NCBI RefSeq assembly: GCF_009914755.1 | Contig: NC_060930.1 | Reading direction: 5' to 3' (one strand) | DNA length: 64,000 bases | Origin: the human T2T-CHM13v2.0 reference genome, Homo sapiens | Shown here: piece after piece, positions 35,950 to 51,193 of the stretch | Position numbering within the stretch: the first letter of the stretch is position 1 | How the letters are laid out: every line of letters starts with the position of its first letter | Notes under the pieces: model-generated | Seen by the model: the letters and a program-made list of their open reading frames with translations, nothing else | Databases searched by the model: none | Told to the model about the DNA's origin: nothing | Program-made: the position numbers and the translations under genes

Positions 35950-36660
35950 TCACTTTTATTCAGCACATATTTATTAAGTATGTCCTGTGTGTGTGGAGAT
36001 ACAGTAATGAGCAAAACAAACCTTGATCCAGTCCTTTCAGAAATCTTAGCCTGGTGCACAAGACAGACCAATTCATTGGTTCAACAATTTTTATTAACTA
36101 TCTACGTTATGGTAGTTAATAAACCATTCAATGTTTTTGGCATAACAATGTATACATAGCAAGGATCTCATTCCAAAGAGCTTATGTGGTAGGGAAGGAT
36201 AGAAAATAACACATAAATAAATACATGAACAGGATAATTACAGATAGTGATAAGTACTATGAAGGGAATAAGCATGGTGATGTGATGAAGAACAACTGGA
36301 ATTGGGGACTATTTTAGGTCAGGTAGTTGGGCAAGGCATTGTGGAAGAGGCCACATTTGAACAGGTACCTAAAAGGTAAAAAAAAAAAAAAAAAAGCCAA
36401 CCACTGAGGATTTGTGGGTAGATGTTCTAGCCAGATGCAACAGTAAGATGAAGGGCTCTTAGGCAGGAAAAATTTCACTGTGTTCAAGGAACTGAGATGA
36501 GGCCAGTGAGCTAGAGCTTAGTGAGAAAGGAGAAAAAGTGGAATGAGATGGGCTTGGAGAATTAGAAAGGGCCAAATCAGGCAGGGCCTTTGGTAAACAC
36601 AGCTTCCTATGTAAGTTACTAGGAAAGCTATGAATGGTTGTAAGCAGGGGCCTATCATGA
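35950..36660 (-). mobile_element. L2 remnants
   Basis: TTCAGCACATATTTATTAAG and TTCAACAATTTTTATT ends with L2 body motifs. Confidence 0.55.
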
Positions 36661-37554
36661 TCCGCGAAACTAAGATGACATGTGATGAGAGCTTTCCTTC
36701 CCATTTTTTAATAGCACCCCCACCCTGTGGGCCATTCTTGAGGAACTTAAAATAATTTCCTTAGATCTGGACCTGAGAAAAGGTAGAGTGGCACTACTCA
36801 GAAGCTGCCACAAAGCTTACCCTTTACACTAATGTGTGATGTATCTACCTTGACTCAAATGTCTCAACTCCTGCCTACTCTAGGGGACTTTAGATGGGAC
36901 ACTTCCTGAAACACTGGAGTGGCTTTGGTCTCCTCCTGTCTGCTGAAAAATTTCTTAAATGAGACTAAATCTCCAGTTACTGCTTCTCCTAGGAAGTTTA
37001 TGAAGGTCAAACTTCTGTTGTCCTGCCTTTCTCCTTAGAAACAACCTAATATTGAGAAATTTGGCAAACGTGATTTATTAGAGTCTCAATAACAGTAATG
37101 CAACAGGGAAAATGATAGCAATGTCCTGCAGACCTCATAGAACTCAAAGAAGAGTGTTAAGCAGACAAAAAAGACAATTACAGTACTATGTCATAGCTGC
37201 ATATTCTCTGACATGAACATGTGAACCACTCCAGAGACTCTCAGAAATAGTAGGGAAATGTGATGTTTTCAAAGAATGTCAAGCTGCATTAGCAGGTAGA
37301 GAAGAGTGAGTCACAAACAGGCTAAAATATGGAACACCAGTTCATCTTCGAAATATCTTCTAAATATTTTGGAAATATTTGGGGCTGCCCAACGGGATTA
37401 TTCATTTGTGCTTATTTCACTTTCGTCCATTCACCCATCATTAAACAAATATATACGTGTATGTTCATGTTTGTGTATACGTGTGTGTGTGTGTGCGTAT
37501 ATATAGCTATAACTCTATTATGTGGTGACTGATATATCTATTCTAGTGTACATA

Positions 37555-37906
37555 TGCTATGGAGTGAATGTTTTTGTGTTCCCTAAAACCTAATAACCAA
37601 TGTGATGGTGTTGGGAGGTGAGGCCTTTAGGAGATAACTGAGTCATGAGGGCTTCATTCTCATGAATGATATTACTGCCTTTATAAAAGAGGTTCCAGAG
37701 AGCTTCTTTGCCCATTCCACCATATGAGGACTCAGGGAAAAGGCATCATCTATGAACCAGGAAACAGGCCCTCCCAAGATGCCTAACCTGTTGGTGCCTT
37801 GATTTTGGACTTCTCAGCCTCCAAAACTATGAGAAATAAATTTATGTGATTTATAAGCTACTCAGTTGATGGCATTTTGTTATAGTAGCCTGACTGGAGT
37901 AACATA
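37555..37906 (+). mobile_element. MLT1A-type MaLR solo LTR
   Basis: TGCTATGG...GTCATGAGGG...GCCTTGATTTTGGACTTCTCAGCCTCC...AATAAATTT. Confidence 0.85.
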
Positions 37907-37914
37907 ATCAATAA

Positions 37915-38040
37915 TACACATGTATGTATATATGTATTATATACATATATATACGTATACATATGTGTATATACATATATACACATATATACATATATAC
38001 ACATACGTATATGTATATATATGTATATAATACATATACT
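37915..38040. repeat. Imperfect (TA)/(TACA)n low-complexity tract
   Basis: ~125 nt of alternating purine-pyrimidine sequence. Confidence 0.9.
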
Positions 38041-38109
38041 TTTCTAACTATGGTAATTTTCTCTGGTCTGAAGCTGACTTTGATATCAATACAGCCACTT
38101 TGTTTTGAA

Positions 38110-40030
38110 TGGAACAAAGTTGGAGAGCTAACAGTAACTGATTTTTTTTTAAAGTCACAGTAAACCAAAACAGCTAAATTTGCTGTAAAGATAGACAAAT
38201 ATATCAGAAGAACAAAATAGAAAGAAAGTACAGGAATAAATCCTTATATATGGAAAAATTATTTTTAACAAAGGTATAAAAGCAATGCAACAGATAAAAG
38301 AATTTTCAACAAATGAGATTATAACAATTTTATATCCATGTGCAAAAATAAATTTGGATCATTACTTTATATCCTATATAAAAATTAACTCAGAATGGAC
38401 CATTAACCTAATTGTAAAATTTGAAACTATAACATTTATAGAAGAAAATCTTTGTAAACTTGAACAAGCAAATATTTATAAGATTTATAAAAGAAAAATT
38501 TGGACTTCAGAAAAAAAAATTGCTCTTCAAATGACCCTGTCATCTGAGAATGAAAAGACAAAAAGACAAGCCACAGAATGAAAAAAAATTTTCAAATCAC
38601 ATAACTGATAGTGACTTGTATCCAGATTTTGTATCCACAAAGAACACTCAAAACTCTACAGTAAGGACTCTCAATTATTTTTTAATGTGCAAAAGTTTTG
38701 AACAGACACTTCGTCCCCCTCAAAAAATGCCATGGCAAATAAACAGTTGAAAAGATACTCAACATCATTAATAATCAGGATTAGTTAATTAAAAATAAAT
38801 AAATCAGAATAAATTAAAACCAAAATGAACTACTACACACATATTAGAGTAGCTAAAATTAAAAATGATTAACCACACTAAGTGTAAGAGAGGATGTGGA
38901 AGAACTGTAACTTATACACTGCTAGTGGATGGAATGTAGACCAATTACAACTGTGATGGTTAATACTGAGTATCAACTTGATTGGATTGAAGGATACAAA
39001 GTATTGATCTTGGGTGTGTCTGTGAGGGTGTTGGCAAAGGAGATTAACATCTGAGTCAGTGGTCTGGGAAAGGCAGGCCCACCCTTAATCTTCGTGGGCA
39101 CAATCTAATCAGATGCCAGCACAGCTAGAATATAAGCGAGCAGAAAAATGTGATCTTGCTGCTCAGCCTGCAGACGGCTAATTGTGGCTTGTGATCATGT
39201 GAGTTAATACTTAATAAACTCCCCTTTATATATATAATATAATATAATACAATATGAATATATATATAATATATTATATAAGCGAGCAGAAAAATGTGAT
39301 CTTGCTCCTCAGCCTGCAGATGGCCAATTGTGGGAACTTGTGATCATGTGAGTTAATAATAAACTCCCCTTCATATATATATATATATAGTTCTGTCTCT
39401 CTAGAGAACCCTGACTAATACAACAACCACTTTAGAAAACAATTTGTCAGTTTCTTCAAAAGTTGCATATACACCTAGCAGAAGATACAGCCATTCCACT
39501 CCTAGGTATTTACTCAAGAGAAGAGGAAACATAGTCCTTAAAATAATTTATATGAATGTTCTTAACAGCTTTACTTGTAATCACACCAAACTGAAAACAA
39601 TCCAAGTGTGCATCAACAGGTAAAGAGTACATAGATGAACAGATCATGATATAACCATAAAGTGGAATACTACATAGCAATACAATGGAATGGACTATTT
39701 GTACATGCAACACCATCAATGAATCTCAAAATAATTATGCTGAGTGAAAGAGCCATATGAAAAAGAATACATATTACATGATTCCGTTTATATGAAATTA
39801 TAGGAAATATAAGCTAAGGTATACTAACAGCAGCCTAGTGGCTCCCTGGAGGCACAAGGGAGAAGATTGTTTGGGAGGGAGAGATAAGAAAAGGACACAA
39901 AGAAACATTTTTGAGGGGATGATGGATATGTTCACTATCTTGATTGTGGTTTTAGTTTTATGGCTGTATACATACGTCAAAACTTATCAAATTGTTCAAT
40001 TTAAATATGTATAGTTTGCTGTATACAATG
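38110..40030 (+). mobile_element. Old L1M 3' region interrupted by MLT2A
   Basis: Degenerate ORF2 C-terminus and 3' UTR motifs (CCATTCCACTCCTAGGTATTTAC, ATGCTGAGTGAAAG). Confidence 0.7.
38952..39422 (+). mobile_element. MLT2A (A1/A2-like, HERV-L) solo LTR with internal deletion and tandem duplication
   Basis: TGTGATGGTTAATACTGAG...AGAGAACCCTGACTAATACA; perfect 5-bp TSD ACAAC (38947-38951 / 39423-39427). Confidence 0.92.
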
Positions 40031-41299
40031 CCTGAATAAAACTATTTTTAAATTGTGCATAACTTATATATTTATTTTTTCCTCCAAAAAGATACTATTA
40101 AATTGACATACATTATTAAGGAACAAACATCATATAACCTAAAACATATGGCTTATAACTTCAACCACAATAACCAGCCTAGTCAGTCCTTTACACACTG
40201 CCCTTCTGTTCTCCTTACCCTACCACATGTGCACATAATGCAAAATTCTGTACTTCTTTGTTTCAACCCAACATGCTAGAAAAAAGACTATAAAACTCTG
40301 AGCGATGGTTTCCATTGGTGACTCTCCCCCATTGCATCCCCAGCTATAGGTTTTGGTGTGTCAGTCCTGACAGTCTGAAGGTGTTTACAAAATATCTTTG
40401 TGATAGTATTCAGTCCTTCATACAGTTCATGGCACAAGGAACTCCAGAAAAGTAGTGACTTGGCCAAGAACTACAGTGAGAAACTAAGTATCTGACCTCT
40501 AGGCCTTGGATCTTTTTCTAAGATCCAGAGTCAAGTGTGCAGAGACAGTGTAATGAGGGAACCTAACCTAGTACATCTTCTCTGAGGAAAAGATCTGAAA
40601 CAGAGACTTGTTGAAGAACAAAGGGAACTAGAGGGCACTGGAGAATGAGGAAGATTATCCCAGGTGGAAGGAACTGTGTATAGAAAAGATGCCTGTTGGA
40701 GGAACCAGAAGTCCAGTGTAGCTACAGCATATGTGCTAAAACACAGTGAATAGCCTTGGAAGACTGCTGTAAAATGTAGCTCAAGAGGGAGGTAAGGACC
40801 AGATCATATAGCCTCATAGCCTGAATTAAGAATATCATGCTTAAAGAATAGGAAACCACCAAAGACTTTGTCTGATTTATCCCTTTTAAAAGATAATTTG
40901 AAAGCAAATAAGAGTAAATGTGAAAAGACAAATTGGAGAAGCATTGCTATCATTCTTGTTAGGAAGAGATTATGATGGCTTCATCAGAGTAATTACAGAG
41001 AAAAGGAGAAATGTATGTGGAGTCAAGGAACATAGGAAAATAAATTAAAATAACTCAGTATTAATTTAGGACCTCTCAAAAAGGGAGGAGTTTTGCGGAT
41101 AGCATTAAAATCAGGACCAGAGGAGTACTTTTGAATTGTTTCCTTTTCAGGTTTGTTAGATTTCTGGTACATTCTTGGCCCATGCACAACATCTGCATAG
41201 TGCTTATCTATACATCTGCATAGTAGCTAATAAATATTATTTAGGAACAGTCAGCTCTCAGACACTAGACTTATTCTATTACTCTCCCTAGACATCCCT

Positions 41300-42075
<776 letters not shown>

Positions 42076-42520
42076 TATCTTTACCCCAAAGACATTTCTT
42101 CCCATGTCTATTTGGTTCATCTGAAATTTTGATTAGTCTAGGTAAACTAAGAAGGGTGATATAGGTTGAATGTCTGTCCTCTCCAAATCTCATGCTGAAA
42201 TGTAATTCCCAATATTGGAGGTGAGGCATAGTGGGAAGTATTGGATCATGGGGGTGATCCTACATAAATGGCTTAGTGTCATACCCCTGGTGATGAGTGA
42301 GTTCTCGCTCAGTTAGTTCATGTGAGATCAGCTGTTTAAAAAGAGTCTGGAACCTCCCCCTTCTCTTGCTTATGCTCTTGCCATGTGACATGCTGGCTCC
42401 CCATCACCTTCTGCCATGATTGGAAATTTCCTGAGGCCCTCAGCAGAAACCGAGCAGATGCTGGCACCATGCTTTTCATGCAGCCTGCAGAACCATGAGC
42501 CAATTAAACCTCTTTCTTCT

Positions 42521-42825
42521 TTCTTTTATGTTGTTGTTGTTGTTGTTGAGACGAAGTCTTTCTCTGTCGCTCAGAATGCCACTTGGCATGATCTCGGCTA
42601 ACTGCAACCTCCACCTCTTGGATTCAAGTGATTCTCTTGCCTCAGCCTCCCAAGCAGCCAGGACTACAGGCGTGTGCCACCACACCCTGCTATTTTTTTA
42701 TTTTTAGTAGAGACGGGGTTTCACCATGTTAGCCAGGCTGGTCTCAAACTCCTGAGCTCAAGAAATCCATCTGCCTTGGCCTCACAAAGTGCTAGGATTA
42801 CAGGTGTGAGCCACCGTGCCCGGCC
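42521..42825 (-). mobile_element. AluS in the MST 5' LTR
   Basis: (GTT)n tail; antisense dimer. Confidence 0.88.
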
Positions 42826-43384
42826 CTCTTTTCTTTACAAATTACACAACCTCAAATATTCCTTTATAGCAATGCAAAAACAGCCTAACACAGAAAATTG
42901 GTACCAGGAGTGGAGTGTTGCTATAAAAATACCTGAAAATGTGGAAGTGGCTTTGGGACTGGACAACGAGCAGAGAGGTTGGAAGAGTTTGCAGGGCTCA
43001 GAAGAAGACACAAAGATGATGGAAAATTTTGAATTCTTAGAGACTGGTTAAATGATTGTGACCAAAATGCTGGTAGAGATAGGGATAGTGAAAACCAGGC
43101 TGAGGAGGTCTCAGATGGAAATGAGGAAGTTTTTGGAAACTGGAGTAAAGGTCACCCATGTTATGCCCTAGCAATGAACTTGGCTGCATTGTGTTCATGT
43201 CCTAGGGATCTGTGGAAGTTTGAACTTAATAGACTATTTGGCATAAGAAATTTCAAAGCAGCAAAATATTAAAGAGGTCACCGGGCTGCTTCTAGCAATT
43301 TATGATCAGGAGCAAATACAAGCAACCACAGGAGCAAAAAACAAGTGACTTAAAGCTGGAAATTACAGTTAAAAGGGAAGCAGA

Positions 43385-43702
43385 GGCCAGGCATGGTGGC
43401 TCACACCTGTAATCCCAGAACTTTGGGAAGCTGAGGAGGGCAGATTGCTTGAGCTCAAGGGTTTGAGAGCAGCCTGGGCAACACAGTGAAACCCCACCTC
43501 TACAAAAATACAAAAAAATAGCTGGGCATGGTGGTGCACCTGTGGTCCCATCTATTTAGGAGGCTGAGGCAGCAGGATTGCTTGAGCCCATGAGGAAGTG
43601 GCTGCAGAGAGCTGACATTGCACCACTACCCTCCAGCCTAGATGATGGAGCAAGACCCTGTCTCAAAAATAAAATAAAATAAAAAAAAATAAATAAATAA
43701 AT
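43385..43702 (+). mobile_element. AluJ in the MST internal region
   Basis: TSD AAAAGGGAAGCAGA at 43371-43384 and 43703-43716. Confidence 0.9.
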
Positions 43703-43935
43703 AAAAGGGAAGCAGAGCATAAAAATTTGGAAAATTTGCAGCCTGGTCATGTGGCAGAGAAAGAAAAAGCATTTTCAGGTAAAGGAATCCAAGCAAGCTG
43801 TGGAGCAACCACTTGCTAGAGAGATTAGCATGACTAAAAAGGAGCCAAGTGCTACTATCCAATACAAAAGGAAAAAGGCTTCAAAGTCATTTCAGAAATC
43901 TTCAGAACAGTCCCTTTCATCACAGGTTCAGAGGC

Positions 43936-44334
43936 TGATATAGTTTGGATATTTTATCCCTGCCCAAATCTCATGTTGAATTGTAATCCCCAGTGCTAGA
44001 GGTGGAGCCTGGTGGGAGGTGTTTGGGTCATTGTGGGGGATCCCTCATGCTTGTTGCTATCTTTGCGATAGTTCCTGCAAGGTCCTGTCATTTAAAAGTA
44101 TATGCACCTCCCTCCCGACACTCTCTCTCTTGCTCCTGCTTTTTCCCTGTGAGGTGTCTGCCCCTGCTTCACCTTCCATCATGAGTAAAAACTTCCTGAG
44201 GCCTCCCCAGTAGCAGATGCTGGCACTGTGTTTCCTGTACAGCCTGCTGAACTGTGAGCCAATTAAACCTCTGTTCCTATAAATTACCCAGTCTCAGGTA
44301 TTTCTTTATAGCAATGCAAGAATGGACTAACACA
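43936..44334 (+). mobile_element. MSTA-like solo LTR nested in the MST internal region
   Basis: TGATATAGTTTGG...GGACTAACACA; TSD GAGGC at 43931-43935 and 44335-44339. Confidence 0.9.
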
Positions 44335-46704
44335 GAGGCCTAGAAGGAAAAAATGTTTCAGGGGCCAGGGCCAGGGCACCATTGCCCTGCTCAGCTTCAG
44401 GATACTGCTCCCCACATCCCAGCCATGCTGGCTTCAGCCTCAGCTCAAAGGAACCCAGGTATAGCTCAGCCCACTACTCTGTAGGGCACAAGCTGTAAGC
44501 CTTTGCAGTTTCCACATGGTCTTAACTCTACAGGTATGCAGAATGCAAGAGTGAGGAAGGCTTGACAGCTACCACCTAGACTCCAGGGGATGTATCAGAA
44601 AGCCTGGGTGCCCAGACAGAAGCCTGCCACAGGGGCAGAGTCCCCACAGAGAAACTCTGCTAGGGTAATGTTAAGGGGAAATGTGGGGGTGGAACCCCCA
44701 CACAGAGTCCCCACCAGGGAACTGCCTAGTGGAACTGTGGGAAGGGGGCTGCCGTACACCAGACCTCAGAATGGTAGAGCCACTGGCAGCTTGTATCCAA
44801 AGCCTGGAAAAGCTGCAGGTACTCAGCTCCATCAGAGTAGTTGTAGGTGGCTGCACTCTGCAAAGTCACAAGGTCAGAGCTGCCCAAAGCCTTGGGAGCC
44901 CATTCCTTGCACCAATGTGCCTGGATGTGAGACATGGAGTCAAAGGAGATTATTATGGAGCTTTAAGATGCAGTGTATTCCCTGTGGCATTTTAGACTTG
45001 TGTGGGGCCAGTTGCTTCTTTCTTTTGGCTGATTTCTCTCATTTGGAATGAGAATGTTTATACAATGTCTGTACCTCTATTTTGTCTTGAAAGTAAATAA
45101 CTTGTTTTGATTTTACAGGCTCGTAGGTGGAAGGAGATTGTCCTTGAATCTCAGGTGAGAATTTGGATGCTGCACTTTTGATTGAGTTAATGCTGGAATT
45201 GCTGGAATGAGTTAAGACTTTTGGGGACTACTGAGAAGAGGATAATTGTATTTTCTGACATAAGAAGGACAAGAGACTTGGGGGACCAGAGGCAGAATGA
45301 TATAGTTTGGATGTTTGTCTCCTCCAGATCTAATGTTGAAATGTGATACCTAATGTTGGAAGGGGGACCTAGTGGGAGGTATTAGATCATGGGGGCAGAT
45401 ATCTCATAAATGGCTTAGTGCCGTATCCTTGGTGATGAGTGAGTTCCTACTCAGTTCACATGAGATCTAGTTGTGTAACAGAGTCTGGGACCTGTCTGCT
45501 CTCTGTCTTTCTTCTGCTCCTTCCATGTGCCATTCTGGCTTCTCATTATTTTCCACCATGACTGTAAGCTTCCTGAGGCCTTCACTAGAAGCTGAACAGA
45601 TGTTGGCACCATGCTTCTCATACAGCCTGTAGAACCGTGAGCCAATTAAACTTCTTTTCTTTATAAATTACCCAGCCTCAGGTATTCCTTTATAGCAATG
45701 CAAAACTGGGCTAATAATAAGGGATATCAACTTACCTCTTAAGAGAGTACATCGTGGGAGAGCATTTTAATTTACATTTTTATTTTCTATTTCTCTGTCT
45801 TGTTTTACTTTTGGTCCTCTTATCCAGATCTGTGACCTGGGGGCATGAAGAATGTAGAAATGGTGACAGTGGTGTGCAGTTAGAGGACTTATTCTAATGA
45901 TTAGGCAAATTATTTCAATGAGATCTCATTTCTTCACTCTGTAGTTTTTGGCAGAGATGTTTTGTTTATTAGCTACTCTGAACTATCTGGGGACCTGTCT
46001 TGATAGCTCGTTCCTTGAAATGTGTCAAAAACTATTTCTCTCTGATGGTTAATCATAGAGAAATAATGTCTATTTTCACATCTATCTAAAGAATTGTGAT
46101 ATAAAATCTAGGATTAAACTTTAAAGCATTTTATCTAGACTTCCAGCAGACATACTCACTTCTGATGAGTTTCCACTCTAGATCCATGTCTGAGAATACT
46201 TTCAAAATGTACCCGAGATCAGAGATCAAAGGCCATTTACTCACATAACCAAACACTCTGAAGTCTGTTTTCAGAGACCTGTGCCATGTTAGGTGTTTCT
46301 GATTTTAGTGTTTTAGTAATGATAGCACGATATATCTTTTTCCTTATTTTATTTCTATCCTATTTGTGCCTTCATATTTAAAAAGGGTTTGGTGAAGGCA
46401 GTGGATAGTTGAAGCTTGCTTTTTTATACATCTGAAAATCTCTACCATTTTCTGGGAGTTTTGATCATGTACATTAATGTGATTATTAATATAGTTGGAT
46501 TTAAATCTACCGTTTTGCTATCTTTTTTCCATTTTCCTATCTGTTCTTGTTTACTTTTTTCCTCTTTCTCTGCTTCATTAGTATTAAATGAATATTTTTT
46601 GTTTTCTGTCTTTTGTTCACTTAGTAGCTGTGTTTTTTTTTGTTTGTTTGTTGGCTTTTACTTGTGTTTGTTTGATTTTAGTGGCTACTTTAGGGTTTCT
46701 AGTA

Positions 46705-47012
46705 ACACTGTCCAATAGATACATAATGTGAGCCACATATGTAATTTATATGTTTTCTAATAGCCACACTTTTTAAAAGTTAAAAGAAGCAGGTGAAATT
46801 AAAAGTAATATTCCCAAATTATTGTAATTTCAATTAATAATAATAATATTAATAATTTGCAACAGTATATAAATATTAATGGTAAATTTTATTCTTTTTA
46901 CACTATGTCTTTGAAATCTGGTGTGTATTCTATACTTACAGCACATTCATTTTGGACCAATTACATTTCAAGGGCTCAAGAGCTACATGTGGCTAGTTAC
47001 CATGATAGAGAA
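46705..47012. mobile_element. MER33-type hAT-Charlie element
   Basis: CACTGTCCAATAG...TGTGAGCCACATATGTAATTT...TACATGTGGCTAG. Confidence 0.65.
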
Positions 47013-47480
47013 TGGAGGTTTATAGAGTTCACCTTTAACTTATCACAAGTAATATACCAATTTATGTAGAGTAGAAAGAAACCTTAAATAATATTCTTTC
47101 ATTTTCCTCCTCCCAGCACTGGTGTGAGTGTTGTCATGTTTTACTTCTCTATATGTTATAAACCTGACAGTACATTGTTATCATCTTTTGCTTTAGTTAT
47201 CTCTTAAAGAGATTTCAAAAATAAGAAAAATATCTTTTTACATATCCACATATTTACCATTTCCAGTATTCTTTATTCTTTTATGTAGATTCAGAATTTT
47301 TCTGCCTGAAGGCTTCCTTTAATAATTTTTGTGGTGCCATTCTACTGGTGATGAATTATTTCAGCTTTTGTATGTCTGAAAAAAAATCTTTATTTTCCCT
47401 TCATAATGAACAATATTTTTGCTGGAAATAACAATTCTAGGTTTATAGAATTATTTTTTCTTTTTCTTTCAGCATTTTAA

Positions 47481-48286
<806 letters not shown>

Positions 48287-50499
48287 TTAAAGATGTCACT
48301 CCATTGTTGCCCAGCTTACATTGTTTCTGGCAAGAAGTCTACTGTTCTTATGATTGTTCATCTATATCTAATTTGTACTTTTCCTCTGGTTGCTTTTAAT
48401 ATTTTCTCTTTATCATTAGTTTTGTCCAATGTAATAATGTGCACAGGTGTTGTTTTCATGAAGTTTTTTGTGTTTAGAATCTGTTGAACTTCTTCAATTT
48501 GTTTGTTTATGGTTTTCAACATATTTAAACAAATTTTGGCCATTTTTTCTTCAAATATATTCTTCAATTCTCCCTTCTTTCTTGTGAAAACTCCAATCAC
48601 ATGTACATTATGCCACATTGTTTTTCCACAACTCACTGAAGTTCTTTGTATTTTTGTTTCTTTGCTTCTCTGTGCCTTATTTTGCATAGTTTATTATTGA
48701 TACGTTTTCAAGTTTAGGATATTTTGTTTTCCAGACTGTAATCTGCTATTAATCCTATCCAATATAATTTTTATTGCAGGTATTGCATTTTTCATCTCTA
48801 TACATTTGTTTTTGGTCTTCTCATATATTCCATATTTCTTTTTAACATGTTTACACTTTCCTCTACTTTCTGGAACATATGGAATACAGTTATAATTACT
48901 GTTTGTCTATTAGTGGGTAATCTGTGCCACTTCTGCATCTGTTTTAATTGACTGATTTCCACCCCCACTTCCTCATTTAGATTTACATTTTCCTGCTTTA
49001 AGTGCCTAGTAATTTTTTAATTAGATGCCAGACATTGTAAATTTGACCCAGTTGGATTTTCTCATATTTCTATAAATACTGATCCTTTTAAGGTTTGCTC
49101 TTAAGCTTTTATAGACTGGGCCATTGCATGCTGTAGGGCTAATTTTGCTCCAGTTCTAAGGCAATATCATGAGTCTTCTACTTGTTGCTTTGTGAACAAA
49201 AACTATTTCTTGTCCTTTATGAGCTCTTGACATTATTCCCTTTTATTCTTTCCCCTGGTTGTTATCTTCCTCTGGTCTTGTGATAGTTTCCACATACACT
49301 TGCACTTACCAATACAGAGCTGGAGACTCAAGGACATTCTCTGCAGATTTCCAGAATTCTCTCTCTGTTCTGCTCTTTTTCTCTGGTACGCTGTCCTGTG
49401 AACTTCACCTGCCTTGGCCATTCCAGACTATGAACTCCATCTTCCTAACTTTAGAATACCAGGCAATGCCTGGGTTCTCCCTTTGTACACTGAAGCTTGG
49501 AAACTCTCACCAGTAAGTAATCTGGAGGCAACATTATGACTCACTTGTTTGTTTCACTATTCTTAAGGATCACTGTACTGTATTGCCTGATGTCTGATGC
49601 TTGAAAACCATTATTTCATTTATTTTGTATAGTTTTTGTTGTTACTGTTGTTTCAGAGAATAAATCTGAACCATGTTTCTTCATCTTGGCTAGACTCTAA
49701 CTGTGTATTTGATAATTTTATTATTTTTAGAAATCTAAATGTACAGACTTACATTTATCTCTATAAATTGCATATTATCAACTTTGTCCTTTTAAAGTAT
49801 CTTCTAATTTTGTCTTTTTTTAATTCATATGAAAAGTTAAGCATTATTTTTATATGTTTGTGACACAGATAAGATATGTAGTTTAGAATAAAACCACAGA
49901 CAGAGTTCTGAGACCTTCTACTAGGGATCAACCTGAAGTTCTCAAACTATTAACAAGTGATCTTGGAGAAAAATGATCCAGAGTTGCAGAAATACTTCAC
50001 ATTAACCATATGGGAATTACTTGCTCCTTTCTTCCACAAAAGCAGTAAGAGAGCCTTTATCATTTTATTTGCCAAAGTTAAGATAGTCTGTATTTATGGC
50101 CTTCCCTTTTCTAAATATACAAACAATCAAAATCAGAACTTAGTATATTCTATATAGCCTGCTCTTAATGCATTTACATTGGCTTCTAGAGATCTTTGCT
50201 TCCAAACAGTTCGGTAATTGATCCCAGAAGGGGTCTAAAATTCTAAAATCTACATTGAGATTATAGAGATTAATAGCTTCCAAATTCTACCTTTTCCAAA
50301 AAGGTAACACTTGTCCATCCATTTCTGGCTTTCTATCATTGCTTCTACTTATTATGACTTTTCAGAGATTGCCAGCAATGTTTCTGGGATTATATTTGCA
50401 CGTTTTTTTTCAATATCCTGCTTATTTTCTTCAGGATATTGTGGTATATTAACCAACTACGTGAGGCTCTCTCTATATAGCAGAGACTGAAAATGTATG

Positions 50500-50502
<3 letters not shown>

Positions 50503-50529
<27 letters not shown>
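50503..50529. repeat. (AT)n microsatellite
   Basis: Direct read. Confidence 0.9.
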
Positions 50530-50834
<305 letters not shown>

Positions 50835-50857
50835 GGATACATTTAAAAAAAAATTAT

Positions 50858-51193
<336 letters not shown>

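Larger units (their letters stand above)
42157..45718 (+). mobile_element. Complete MST (MSTB-like) MaLR unit: 5' LTR 42157-42892, internal region, 3' LTR 45298-45718
   Basis: Two homologous LTRs; internal region opens GAAAATTGGTACC; TSD AAGGG at 42152-42156 and 45719-45723. Confidence 0.9.

Noticed and set aside
44590-45051. 153-aa ORF
   Set aside because: Lies within degenerate MST internal sequence; no recognisable host domain.
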